Source: Anaerolentibacter hominis
Lineage (GTDB): Bacteria > Bacillota > Clostridia > Lachnospirales > Lachnospiraceae
Length of the DNA stretch: 64,000 bases
Direction of reading: 5' to 3'
Assembly: GCF_032380675.1 (NCBI RefSeq)
Contig: NZ_JAWDIX010000004.1
Span: forward strand, 95,560 to 159,559
A model generated the notes under the pieces. The model was given only the letters and a program-made list of their open reading frames with translations, did not search any database and had not been told where the DNA came from. Positions 19,309 through 27,586 of this stretch are shown here, one piece after another (the first letter of the stretch is position 1; the number at the start of each line of letters is the position of its first letter). The position numbers and the translations under genes are program-made.

Positions 19309-20006
19309 AAGACGTGGATCGAGTTCTGATTATTGAAGATGAGATTACGATCGCAGAGCTGGAGAAGGACTATCTGGAGCTGAGTGATATTCAGGTGGAT
19401 ATTGAGTGCAACGGGCCCGCCGGACTGGAGGCGGCTCTGGCTGAGAACTATAATCTGATTATACTGGATTTAATGCTGCCGGGACTGGATGGGTTTGAAA
19501 TTTGCAGGGCTATCCGGGAGAAGAAGAATATTCCGATTATTCTGGTTTCTGCCAAGAAAGAGGATGTAGACAAAATAAGGGGGCTTGGACTGGGAGCGGA
19601 CGACTATATGACGAAGCCGTTCAGTCCCAGTGAGCTGGTCGCCAGGGTGAAGGCCCATCTGGCGAGGTATCAGCGGCTGATAGGTTCCGGCATAAAGGAA
19701 AACGAGATTATTGAGATCAGAGGACTTAAGATTGATAAAACAGCCCGCCGTGTGTATATTCACGGAGAGGAGAAGCAGTTTACCACGAAAGAATTTGATT
19801 TGATTACATTTCTGGCACAGAATCCCAACCACGTTTTTACGAAGGAAGAGTTATTTGAAAAGATCTGGGACATGGAGGCGATCGGCAACGATACGGCCAC
19901 GGTGACGGTTCATATTAAGAAGATTCGGGAAAAGATTGAGGTGGACACTTCAAAGCCTCAGTATATAGAGACGATCTGGGGTGTGGGATACCGGTTCAAA
20001 GTGTAG
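19305..20006 (+). CDS. OmpR-family response regulator
   Basis: REC domain (DLMLPGLDG, phospho-Asp) plus winged-helix C-terminus (WGVGYRF); GTG start overlapping the kinase stop (GTGA). Confidence 0.9.
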   Translation: MKDVDRVLIIEDEITIAELEKDYLELSDIQVDIECNGPAGLEAALAENYNLIILDLMLPGLDGFEICRAIREKKNIPIILVSAKKEDVDKIRGLGLGADDYMTKPFSPSELVARVKAHLARYQRLIGSGIKENEIIEIRGLKIDKTARRVYIHGEEKQFTTKEFDLITFLAQNPNHVFTKEELFEKIWDMEAIGNDTATVTVHIKKIREKIEVDTSKPQYIETIWGVGYRFKV

Positions 20007-20051
20007 GAAAGATAAGAAAGGGACGGGAGGGCGGGGAGATTACCTCCGGGA

Positions 20052-20753
20052 TTGAAGATGAACTTGAAAATAGTAATGGAAGATACCCATTTTATCGTGT
20101 GTGAGAAACCGCCGGGAGTGCCGTCTCAGGGGGACCGGTCCGGAGCTCTGGACATGATCAGCCTTCTTCGCAATTATAGAATGGAGAATGAAAACTCAGA
20201 CGGCATTCCTGAGATTTATCCGGTACACCGGCTGGACCGCCCGGTGGGAGGAGTAATGGTATATGCCAAGACTCCGTTTGGCGCCAGGGAACTGAGCCGG
20301 CAGGCGGCCGGGGAAGGAATGAAAAAGAAGTATCTGGCTGTTGTGGGACAGGATCTGAGCAGCAGGCAGGGAGAAAATCCCGTACTGCTGATTGACTGGC
20401 TCGTCAGAGACGGGGCCAGGAATATGTCAAGGGTGGTGTCCGCGGATACTCCGGAAGCAAAAGAGGCAAAGCTCTATTATCAGGTCAGGCAGGTACAGGA
20501 TGGCTGTTCCCTGCTGGAGGTGACGCTGCTTACCGGCCGGCATCATCAGATAAGGGTACAGCTTGCAAACGCAGGAATTCCCATTTACGGTGATACAAAA
20601 TATAACTCGTCCTTTCAGGCCTACAGAGGGAAAAATCAGCTTGCCCTGTTTGCATATGAACTGAAATTCAGGCACCCAAAGACCGGAAGAGAATTAAAGT
20701 TCAGACAGAAGCCGGAGTACGGAATATTCCGTGATTTTACGGCGGGCGTATGA
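20052..20753 (+). CDS. RluA-family pseudouridine synthase
   Basis: catalytic motif HRLDRPVGG with the conserved Asp; about 233 aa. Confidence 0.8.
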   Translation: MKMNLKIVMEDTHFIVCEKPPGVPSQGDRSGALDMISLLRNYRMENENSDGIPEIYPVHRLDRPVGGVMVYAKTPFGARELSRQAAGEGMKKKYLAVVGQDLSSRQGENPVLLIDWLVRDGARNMSRVVSADTPEAKEAKLYYQVRQVQDGCSLLEVTLLTGRHHQIRVQLANAGIPIYGDTKYNSSFQAYRGKNQLALFAYELKFRHPKTGRELKFRQKPEYGIFRDFTAGV

Positions 20754-20816
20754 TGGCGGATAGACTATGATGCGGTACAGATGGATTGAAAAATGCATGA
20801 GAGAGAAGATCTATCG

Positions 20817-20852
20817 GGGAGAAAATTAGTAATAATTACTAATTTTCTCCCC
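20817..20852. promoter_or_regulatory. perfect 36-bp palindrome (16-bp arms) abutting the -35 of the ABC transporter promoter
   Basis: GGGGAGAAAATTAGTA-ataa-TACTAATTTTCTCCCC with no U-tract, so not a canonical terminator; candidate operator or transcript-end hairpin. Confidence 0.45.
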
Positions 20853-20858
20853 GAACTG

Positions 20859-20887
20859 TTGACGGCCGTGTGCTGTTAAGATATAAT
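20859..20887 (+). promoter_or_regulatory. sigma-70 promoter TTGACG-17-TATAAT for the ABC transporter operon
   Basis: near-consensus hexamers with 17-nt spacing. Confidence 0.6.
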
Positions 20888-20951
20888 AAGCTCGATAGAT
20901 CTGACCGGACGCCCAGGAGGCTACCGGGAAGAAAGAAAGGAAGAGATAACT

Positions 20952-22025
20952 ATGAAAAGCAACATGAAAAGACTACTGGCACTGATCCTTGTGTGCGCGA
21001 TGGCAATGGCTATGTTAACCGGCTGCGGCAAGAAGGAGGAAAACCAACCTGAGAACACTCCATCTGAGTCTCAAACAAATCAGGATGACGGTGATCAGAC
21101 ACCGGAACCGAAGGTTGAGGACGAAGAAAAAGAAAAGCTGGATATTAACGTAGCTGCATTAAAAGGGCCGACTATCATGGGTATGGTTAAGCTGATGAAA
21201 GACAGTGACGACGGCACAACTGCAAATAACTACAATGTTACGGTTGCAGGAGCAGCGGATGAGGTAACTGCGGGCCTTATGAAAGGTGATATCAGTATTG
21301 CCGCGATTCCCAGCAATCTGGCATCGGTTTTGTATAACAAATCCGAGGGAAAAGTTAAGGTTGCGGCGATTAATACCCTGGGAGTTCTCTATATTCTGGA
21401 AACAGGAGACTCCATCCAGTCAGTGGAAGATTTAAAGGGCAAGACGATTTATACGACCGGTAAGGGAACGACGCCGGAATATACATTGAATTATCTGCTC
21501 ACATCCTATGGGCTTGATCCGGAGAAGGATGTGACGATTGAATTTAAGTCAGAGGCAGCAGAGGTTGTATCCCTGCTGGCCGGGACAGAGAATGCAATCG
21601 CTATGCTGCCCCAGCCCCAGGTGACCATTGCCATGAGCCAGAATGAGAAGCTCAGAGTCGCGCTGGATGTCACCAAAGAGTGGGAGGCGAAAGCAGAAAA
21701 CGGCAGTACGATAACGACCGGTGTAATTGCGGTGAATGCTAAATTCCTGGAAGAGCATCCGGAGGCCGTGGAACAGTTTCTGACCGAATATGAAGCTTCT
21801 GCTAAATATGCAAATGAGAATATAGATGAAACAGCTGCACTTTTAGAGCAGTATGATATTTTTAAAGCCGGTGTGGCGAAGAAGGCAATACCTATGTGTA
21901 ATATTACCTTTATCCGCGGTGATGAAATGAAAACAAAACTAAATGGTTACCTGGAAGTTTTATTTGAACAGAATCCTCAGGCCGTTGGCGGGAAATTGCC
22001 GGCGGATGATTTCTATCTTAAATAA
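20952..22025 (+). CDS. ABC transporter substrate-binding lipoprotein (NitT/TauT / NMT1-like family)
   Basis: signal peptide with lipobox LTGC; periplasmic-binding-protein type 2 architecture. Confidence 0.75.
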   Translation: MKSNMKRLLALILVCAMAMAMLTGCGKKEENQPENTPSESQTNQDDGDQTPEPKVEDEEKEKLDINVAALKGPTIMGMVKLMKDSDDGTTANNYNVTVAGAADEVTAGLMKGDISIAAIPSNLASVLYNKSEGKVKVAAINTLGVLYILETGDSIQSVEDLKGKTIYTTGKGTTPEYTLNYLLTSYGLDPEKDVTIEFKSEAAEVVSLLAGTENAIAMLPQPQVTIAMSQNEKLRVALDVTKEWEAKAENGSTITTGVIAVNAKFLEEHPEAVEQFLTEYEASAKYANENIDETAALLEQYDIFKAGVAKKAIPMCNITFIRGDEMKTKLNGYLEVLFEQNPQAVGGKLPADDFYLK

Positions 22026-22064
22026 AGTGAGGACTTAATGAAAAGCTAAAGGACAGGAGTGACC

Positions 22065-22814
22065 ATGAAAAAGTATCATTATAAGATCATTACGGTCTGC
22101 TTCTGGCTGGCCGTGTGGCAGATTTTAAGTGTGGTTATTCAGGAGGAGATGCTTTTTGCATCTCCTCTTATCACAATAAAGACATTGTTTCGCCTTCTGG
22201 CGCAGTCAGATTTCTGGAAGGTTATTGCCAGCTCATTTCTCCGCATTACAGGAGGCTTTTTTCTCGCGCTTCTGGCGGGGATTTTACTGGCGGCATTTTC
22301 TTATTACAGCCGGCTGGTTAGAGAGCTGATGAGCCCGGTTATGAAGGTGATACAGGCTACTCCGGTTGCATCGTTTATTATTCTGGCGTTAATATGGATT
22401 AATTCCAAAAATCTGGCGGTGCTGATTTCATTTCTAATTGTGCTTCCTGTAGTGTATTCTAATGTCCTCCGGGGATTTCTGGAAACTGACAGGAAACTTC
22501 TGGAGATGGCCAGAGTATTTAACATCCCGTTCTTCTTAAAAATGCGCTATATTTTTCTGCCCTCTGTGCGGCCCTATCTGATCTCCGCGATTTCTGTAGG
22601 GTTAGGTTTATGCTGGAAGGCGGGTGTGGCGGCTGAGGTGATCGGCCTGCCTGCGAATTCCATCGGAGCAGAATTATACGATGCTAAGCTGTATCTGCTG
22701 ACGCCGGAGCTGTTTGCCTGGACGTTTGTGATTATACTGCTGAGTATGGGATTTGAAAAACTGGTGATGTATCTGATCAGACGTATATCCGGGAACAGAG
22801 TGAAAAATGTGTAG
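22065..22814 (+). CDS. ABC transporter permease (NitT/TauT-family, BPD_transp_1)
   Basis: 6-TM permease with an EAA-like loop; ATG 22065 preferred because of GGAGTG SD spacing. Confidence 0.8.
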   Translation: MKKYHYKIITVCFWLAVWQILSVVIQEEMLFASPLITIKTLFRLLAQSDFWKVIASSFLRITGGFFLALLAGILLAAFSYYSRLVRELMSPVMKVIQATPVASFIILALIWINSKNLAVLISFLIVLPVVYSNVLRGFLETDRKLLEMARVFNIPFFLKMRYIFLPSVRPYLISAISVGLGLCWKAGVAAEVIGLPANSIGAELYDAKLYLLTPELFAWTFVIILLSMGFEKLVMYLIRRISGNRVKNV

Positions 22815-22932
22815 GTGCATACGGGGCGATATGCAGGGAGAATAAGGGTTGAAAGAGATCTTTCAACTCTGCGTATTAGGGTCTGTTCCCGTTTTGGAAG
22901 CAGCTCAAAACGGGAAAGGCAGGGGAAGAGAT

Positions 22933-23517
22933 ATGAAACAGAATGAGATTGTTCTTGAACATATAAAGAAAGCATATGGCCAGCTGACCGTTTTTCGGGA
23001 CCTGAATCTGACTATTCCCGGCGGAAAGATAACTGCTCTGATGGGAGCGTCCGGAATCGGCAAGACGACGCTTCTGCGCATTCTGATGGGTCTGGAAAAG
23101 CCGGACAGCGGCCGGATTACCGGGATGGCCGGCCGGCGGATGACGGCAGTATTTCAGGAAGACAGGCTCTGTGAGGAAGAGGATGCCTTTGTGAATGTGA
23201 AGCTGGGATGCGGATTTGACCGGTCTGACGAGATGATCCGGAAAGAGTTTGAACGGGTTGACTTGAAGGACTATGAGAAAAAACCGGTCAGCAGCCTGTC
23301 CGGAGGAATGAAACGCCGGGTGGCTATTGTGCGGGCAATGCTTGCACCAGGTGATCTGGTGATTCTGGATGAGCCGTTTCAGGGGCTGGATAAGAACTTA
23401 AAGGAACTGGTAATGGACTATGTCGCGGCAAAAGTACAGGGGAAAACGGTCATAATGGTAACCCATCAGCGGGAAGAGGCGGAGAAATTGGCGGAGCAGA
23501 TACTTACCCTGGAATAA
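22933..23517 (+). CDS. ABC transporter ATP-binding protein
   Basis: Walker A GASGIGKTT, signature LSGGMKRR, Walker B LVILDEP; start MKQNEIV (ATG 22933) with AGGGGAAGAG SD. Confidence 0.85.
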   Translation: MKQNEIVLEHIKKAYGQLTVFRDLNLTIPGGKITALMGASGIGKTTLLRILMGLEKPDSGRITGMAGRRMTAVFQEDRLCEEEDAFVNVKLGCGFDRSDEMIRKEFERVDLKDYEKKPVSSLSGGMKRRVAIVRAMLAPGDLVILDEPFQGLDKNLKELVMDYVAAKVQGKTVIMVTHQREEAEKLAEQILTLE

Positions 23518-23530
23518 GAAAAAGGCTATT

Positions 23531-23566
23531 GGACACAGAGTGATAAAAACACTCTGTGTCTTTTTC
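23531..23566 (+). terminator. rho-independent terminator after ABC operon
   Basis: GACACAGAGTG-ataaaaa-CACTCTGTGTC followed by TTTTTC. Confidence 0.8.
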
Positions 23567-23645
23567 TTTGCTTAGGAAGATTCTAAACTTAACTTAGTAA
23601 CAAAAAGACCTGGTGGGGATGCGTACTTCTTTTATTGACAGATGC

Positions 23646-23690
23646 ACACGACTGTGGTAGTGTAGAGATAGATAAACTACTGGAGTCGTG
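23646..23690 (+). promoter_or_regulatory. imperfect 45-bp dyad, candidate BlaI/MecI-type operator upstream of the repressor gene
   Basis: ACACGACTgtggTAG...CTActggAGTCGTGT, with 11 of 15 positions symmetric, between a TTGACA-like -35 and the blaI-like start. Confidence 0.45.
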
Positions 23691-23704
23691 TAAAGGAGAA
23701 TGAG

Positions 23705-24064
23705 ATGGATATTAAGCTGTTTGATTCTGAATTAAAAGTTATGTCTGTGCTCTGGAATGAGGGAGACACTACCGCCAAGCATATTTCTGATGTGCTGAAA
23801 GAGGAGACAGGCTGGAATATGAATACGACCTATACACTGATTAAAAGATGCATTAAGAAGGGGGCAATCAGCCGCAGCGAGCCTAATTTCATGTGTCATG
23901 CGCTGGTGCCCAAGGAAGCGGTACAGGAGGCGGAGACGAATGAACTGATTAACAAGGTGTATGATGGATCTGCTGATAAATTATTTGCGGCGCTGCTGGG
24001 GAGAAAGAAACTCTCACCGGAACAGATTGAGAAACTGAAACAGATTGTTGACGGTCTGGAATAA
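23705..24064 (+). CDS. BlaI/MecI/CopY-family transcriptional repressor
   Basis: 119-aa winged-helix penicillinase-repressor fold (N-terminal LxxxELxVMxxLW motif). Confidence 0.85.
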   Translation: MDIKLFDSELKVMSVLWNEGDTTAKHISDVLKEETGWNMNTTYTLIKRCIKKGAISRSEPNFMCHALVPKEAVQEAETNELINKVYDGSADKLFAALLGRKKLSPEQIEKLKQIVDGLE

Positions 24065-24118
24065 GAGGACAAGGCTGGTTAAAACGGACAGCGTAAATGC
24101 TTCGGAATGGAGGGAAAT

Positions 24119-25651
24119 ATGAATCTTCTGCAAATGAGTATTGCCGGCGGGGTGATGATACTGGCGGTTGCCGTGATACGTGCGCTGTTCCTTCATAAGC
24201 TGCCAAAGAAGACCTTTGTTATTTTATGGGGTATTGTACTGCTGCGGCTGATGATTCCCGTTTCACTGCCGTCAACTTTCAGTATTTATTCGTTTACCCC
24301 GGCGATGGATGCGGTAAAGGATACCCCGGCGGAGAGATACCTGCCGATTTTTCAGGAGGCAGAGACCGTTTCGCAGCCGGAGCAGCCGATCCCGGAGCGG
24401 AATCGATTTCCTCTTTGGACATTTATTTGGGCGGCCGGAGCCGTTCTCAGCGCCTTGTTCTTTGTCTTGTCTTATATCCGGTGCCGGCTTGATTTCCGCA
24501 CTTCTCTTCCGGTCAATCATGAATATGCGGACAGATGGCTGAAAGAGCATTCTCTCCGCAGAATGATTTCCATCCGGCAGTCCGGCTGCGTAGCAGCTCC
24601 GCTTACTTACGGGATCATCCATCCGGTTATTCTGATGCCGAAATCAACGGATTGGACAGATACCGGGCAGATGGAATATGTTCTGGCACATGAATATACC
24701 CATATCAGGAAAATGGATGGGATAAGGAAACTTGCGCTTACAGCGGCTCTGTGCGTTCATTGGTTCAATCCGGTGGTCTGGCTTATGTATTATCTGGCTA
24801 ACAGGGATATTGAACTGTGCTGTGATGAGGCCGTGGTCCGGATGTTTGGACAGGGAACCAGATCTGCTTATGCCTTTACACTGATCAGCATGGAAGAAAA
24901 GAAAAGCAGTATTCAGCCGCTTTGCAGTAATTTCAGCAGGCCTGCCATTAAAGAAAGGATAACCGCAATTATGAAAATAAAAAAGAAATCATTGTCAGCC
25001 GTTTTGGCTGCAGCCGGACTGATCATTGCAGTATCTGCAGTGTTTGCCACGTCCGCTGTCGCTGCAAATGAACCTGTTTTACAGCTGGGGCAGAAGATGA
25101 GCCAGCCGCTTTCCCATATCGGCAAATGGAAACCTGGTTCAAAGGCGGAGACGGAATCCGGGCAGATTTTTTCTGTTGACAGCGTAGAACTTCGCAGCTA
25201 TGAACCTGGATATCCTTATCTTCATCCGGTCTATACCAACAGAACAGATCAAACTGTAACAAAGATTCAATATAGTATGCTGGCCTTTGATAAGGATGGC
25301 CAGCCGCTGAAAATCAAATGGTTCCCGATGGATTCATCCTTCCGGATTGCCTATAGCTATATGACAGACGAGGAACTGAACCTAAAGCCGGGCAAGACCT
25401 ATGATGTGAGGGGAGGCTGGTCTCTGTATCCGAGCGGGGACTGGGCGGAACTGACTAGGGAGGAAAAGAAGGAGGAAGGATCTGCCAGAGTGGTTTACTC
25501 TATGTACTGCATCAGTCAGATTACATTTAAGGACGGAAGCAAGTGGGTGAATCCGGACTTTGAGAACTGGAAAGATACTTATACGGGGAAAAAAGCAGAA
25601 GTTTCATTTCTGCAAAATTATTACCCCAGGGAATATGCGGTAACACAGTAA
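24119..25651 (+). CDS. BlaR1-like M56-family membrane metalloprotease/signal transducer with a non-canonical C-terminal domain
   Basis: 4-TM N-terminus with HEYTHI (HExxH) zinc motif; C-terminal roughly 220 aa lack the class-D beta-lactamase-like SxxK sensor motifs. Confidence 0.75.
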   Translation: MNLLQMSIAGGVMILAVAVIRALFLHKLPKKTFVILWGIVLLRLMIPVSLPSTFSIYSFTPAMDAVKDTPAERYLPIFQEAETVSQPEQPIPERNRFPLWTFIWAAGAVLSALFFVLSYIRCRLDFRTSLPVNHEYADRWLKEHSLRRMISIRQSGCVAAPLTYGIIHPVILMPKSTDWTDTGQMEYVLAHEYTHIRKMDGIRKLALTAALCVHWFNPVVWLMYYLANRDIELCCDEAVVRMFGQGTRSAYAFTLISMEEKKSSIQPLCSNFSRPAIKERITAIMKIKKKSLSAVLAAAGLIIAVSAVFATSAVAANEPVLQLGQKMSQPLSHIGKWKPGSKAETESGQIFSVDSVELRSYEPGYPYLHPVYTNRTDQTVTKIQYSMLAFDKDGQPLKIKWFPMDSSFRIAYSYMTDEELNLKPGKTYDVRGGWSLYPSGDWAELTREEKKEEGSARVVYSMYCISQITFKDGSKWVNPDFENWKDTYTGKKAEVSFLQNYYPREYAVTQ

Positions 25652-25665
25652 AATTAATTGGAGCT

Positions 25666-25708
25666 TAAAACACACCGGGCGGCTAACAGCCGCCCGGTGT
25701 GTTTTATT
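25666..25708. terminator. bidirectional terminator between blaR1-like and aroC
   Basis: AAAACACACCGGGCGGC-taacag-CCGCCCGGTGTGTTTT. Confidence 0.8.
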
Positions 25709-26811
25709 TATGATACATAGAAGTCTTTCAGGCGATCCAGCCTGCTGTGCATGTTTAAAAACAGCTGGTCCACAAGAGTGACGGCAACCATAGATTCCAC
25801 CACTACAACAGCACGGGGGACAATAACCGGATCATGACGGCCTTTGATATTAACCGTAATGTTTTCACCCTGTTTATTTACAGTTTCCTGCGTACGGGCA
25901 ATGGAAGGGGTGGGCTTTATGGCCGCCCGGAGGATAAGAGGGGAACCATCGCTCATTCCGCCCAGAATACCGCCCGCATGGTTTGTACGCTTCTGCAATT
26001 TTTCATCCTTATCAAAATAAAAACTGTCGTTGTTTTCAGAGCCGGTTCTCTGTGAGACCTGGAACCCATCTCCGATTTCCACTCCCTTGACTGCACCGAT
26101 CGACATCACTGCCCTGGCCAGACAGGAATCCAGTTTGTCAAATACCGGCTCTCCTATTCCCGGCGGCATGCCGGTCACAATACATTCAATTACACCGCCG
26201 GCGGAATCCATCTCATTCATTTTCTCACGAAGATAGGCATCCGTCCGCTCCGCTGCCAGAGAATCCGGCATGGAGAAGGGATTTCTAGAAATCTCATCCC
26301 AGTCAAATTTGCTATAGTCGACAGCCACAGGGCCGATGGAACGGGTATAGGCTCTGACGGTTATATGAAGCTCTTTTAAGATCTCGGCGGCGATTGCGCC
26401 GGCTGCGACCCGGGCAATGGTCTCCCGGCCGGAAGAACGGCCGCCTCCCCGATAATCCCGAAATCCATATTTCGCATCGAAGGTATAGTCGGCGTGTCCC
26501 GGACGATAGCAGCCTGCTATCTCGGAATAATCCCTGGAACGCTGATCTTCATTCCAAACCGCTATGGAGACAGGCGTGCCGGTAGCACGGCCTTCAAAGA
26601 CACCGGATAAAATATGAGCCTTATCCCCTTCCTGACGTTTTGTAGTGAACCGGGAAGTTCCGGGCTTTCTTCTATCTAAATAATTCTGAATCATATCTTC
26701 ATTTAACGCAAGGCCGGCCGGCACCCCGTCCACGACTACGCCGATACCCTGACCGTGGGATTCTCCCCAGCTGGTGATGGTAAATAATCTTCCATATACT
26801 GAACCCGACAA
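25708..26811 (-). CDS. aroC: chorismate synthase
   Basis: signatures GESHG, RPGHADY, GGRSSGRET; TTG start per ORF track. Confidence 0.9.
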   Translation of the reverse strand: MSGSVYGRLFTITSWGESHGQGIGVVVDGVPAGLALNEDMIQNYLDRRKPGTSRFTTKRQEGDKAHILSGVFEGRATGTPVSIAVWNEDQRSRDYSEIAGCYRPGHADYTFDAKYGFRDYRGGGRSSGRETIARVAAGAIAAEILKELHITVRAYTRSIGPVAVDYSKFDWDEISRNPFSMPDSLAAERTDAYLREKMNEMDSAGGVIECIVTGMPPGIGEPVFDKLDSCLARAVMSIGAVKGVEIGDGFQVSQRTGSENNDSFYFDKDEKLQKRTNHAGGILGGMSDGSPLILRAAIKPTPSIARTQETVNKQGENITVNIKGRHDPVIVPRAVVVVESMVAVTLVDQLFLNMHSRLDRLKDFYVS

Positions 26812-26976
26812 AACAGCACCTCATTTCTCTTCCTGATATCAATTTATTCTTTTGTCATTATAGATGAAAAGAAAAAAGAGTACAACCATATTCTTTGGCA
26901 CCTTGTACTTATTTTTGCATATTATAAAGCAGAAGGACAAAAATCCTTTCGACCAGGAAAACGTAGGAGGTACCAT

Positions 26977-27153
26977 ATGGAACTGTGGAAACAGGATGAT
27001 GATGCGACTCAGCTGGTGGTAGAAGATAACACCATCTATGAAATAGATTTGAACTGTCTGTGGTGCAGAGAGCACCAGAAAGCAAGGGAAGAAGCTATGT
27101 GCGGCTGTCCGGCGGCCGATACGGATCGGCATGCGGGGCGTGTCCCGAATTAG
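26977..27153 (+). CDS. 58-aa Cys-containing micro-protein (CxxC...CxC), hypothetical
   Basis: not in ORF track (under 60 aa); ATG preceded by AGGAGG SD at 6-7 nt; MELWKQDDDATQLVVEDNTIYEIDLNCLWCREHQKAREEAMCGCPAADTDRHAGRVPN; convergent with the Cys/Gly-rich gene. Confidence 0.45.
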   Translation: MELWKQDDDATQLVVEDNTIYEIDLNCLWCREHQKAREEAMCGCPAADTDRHAGRVPN

Positions 27154-27201
27154 AGCAGAAATACGACACCGGCTTACGCCGGTGCCGTAAATTCCAATTT
27201 C

Positions 27202-27414
27202 TTAGCAGAAGCCGTTGCCGCCACAGCAGCAGAGGATAAGTATAATCCAGATGATGGAACCGCAGTCATTGCCGCCACAGCCGGAATTGCCACAACCAAA
27301 ACCGTTGCCGCCGCAGCAGCACAGAAGGATCAGAATCAGCCAAATACAGCTGTTGCCCCCTTCACATCCACATCCACATCCGCTGCCGCAGTTTGTTGCT
27401 GCTAAATCACTCAT
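27202..27414 (-). CDS. 70-aa Cys/Gly-rich tandem-repeat micro-protein (candidate RiPP-like precursor or YjcZ-like small protein)
   Basis: ATG with AGGAGG SD at 7 nt; about 15 Cys and 18 Gly in 70 aa; two repeats of the form GNxC-(I)IW(L)ILIL-CCCGGNGF(G)C; repeat also visible at DNA level. Confidence 0.6.
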   Translation of the reverse strand: MSDLAATNCGSGCGCGCEGGNSCIWLILILLCCCGGNGFGCGNSGCGGNDCGSIIWIILILCCCGGNGFC

Positions 27415-27509
27415 GTTAAATCCTCCTAATTTTCATTACACTTCATCATATGTACCTTGGCTTGACTAATTTCGCAAAATATCAGAAGAAAATAAAAACT
27501 TCTCTGAAA

Positions 27510-27552
27510 TACAGAAAAAGATGCCGGAAAACATGGATTTTCCGGCATCTTT
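27510..27552 (-). terminator. rho-independent terminator after the MATE gene (minus strand)
   Basis: AAAGATGCCGGAAAA-catgga-TTTTCCGGCATCTTT with T-run on the minus strand. Confidence 0.75.
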
Positions 27553-27586
27553 AATAGGAATGATTTAAAATGAACTGCGGATCTCC

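Noticed and set aside
20878-20951. Possible TPP riboswitch upstream of the NMT1/THI5-like binding protein gene
   Set aside because: Leader is only about 60 nt. No CUGAGA box or the conserved TPP-aptamer helices visible.
27215-27469. 84-aa proline-rich + ORF overlapping the Cys/Gly-rich gene
   Set aside because: It is the antisense reading of the Cys/Gly codons. No SD, whereas the minus-strand ORF has a near-perfect SD. Kept the minus-strand call.
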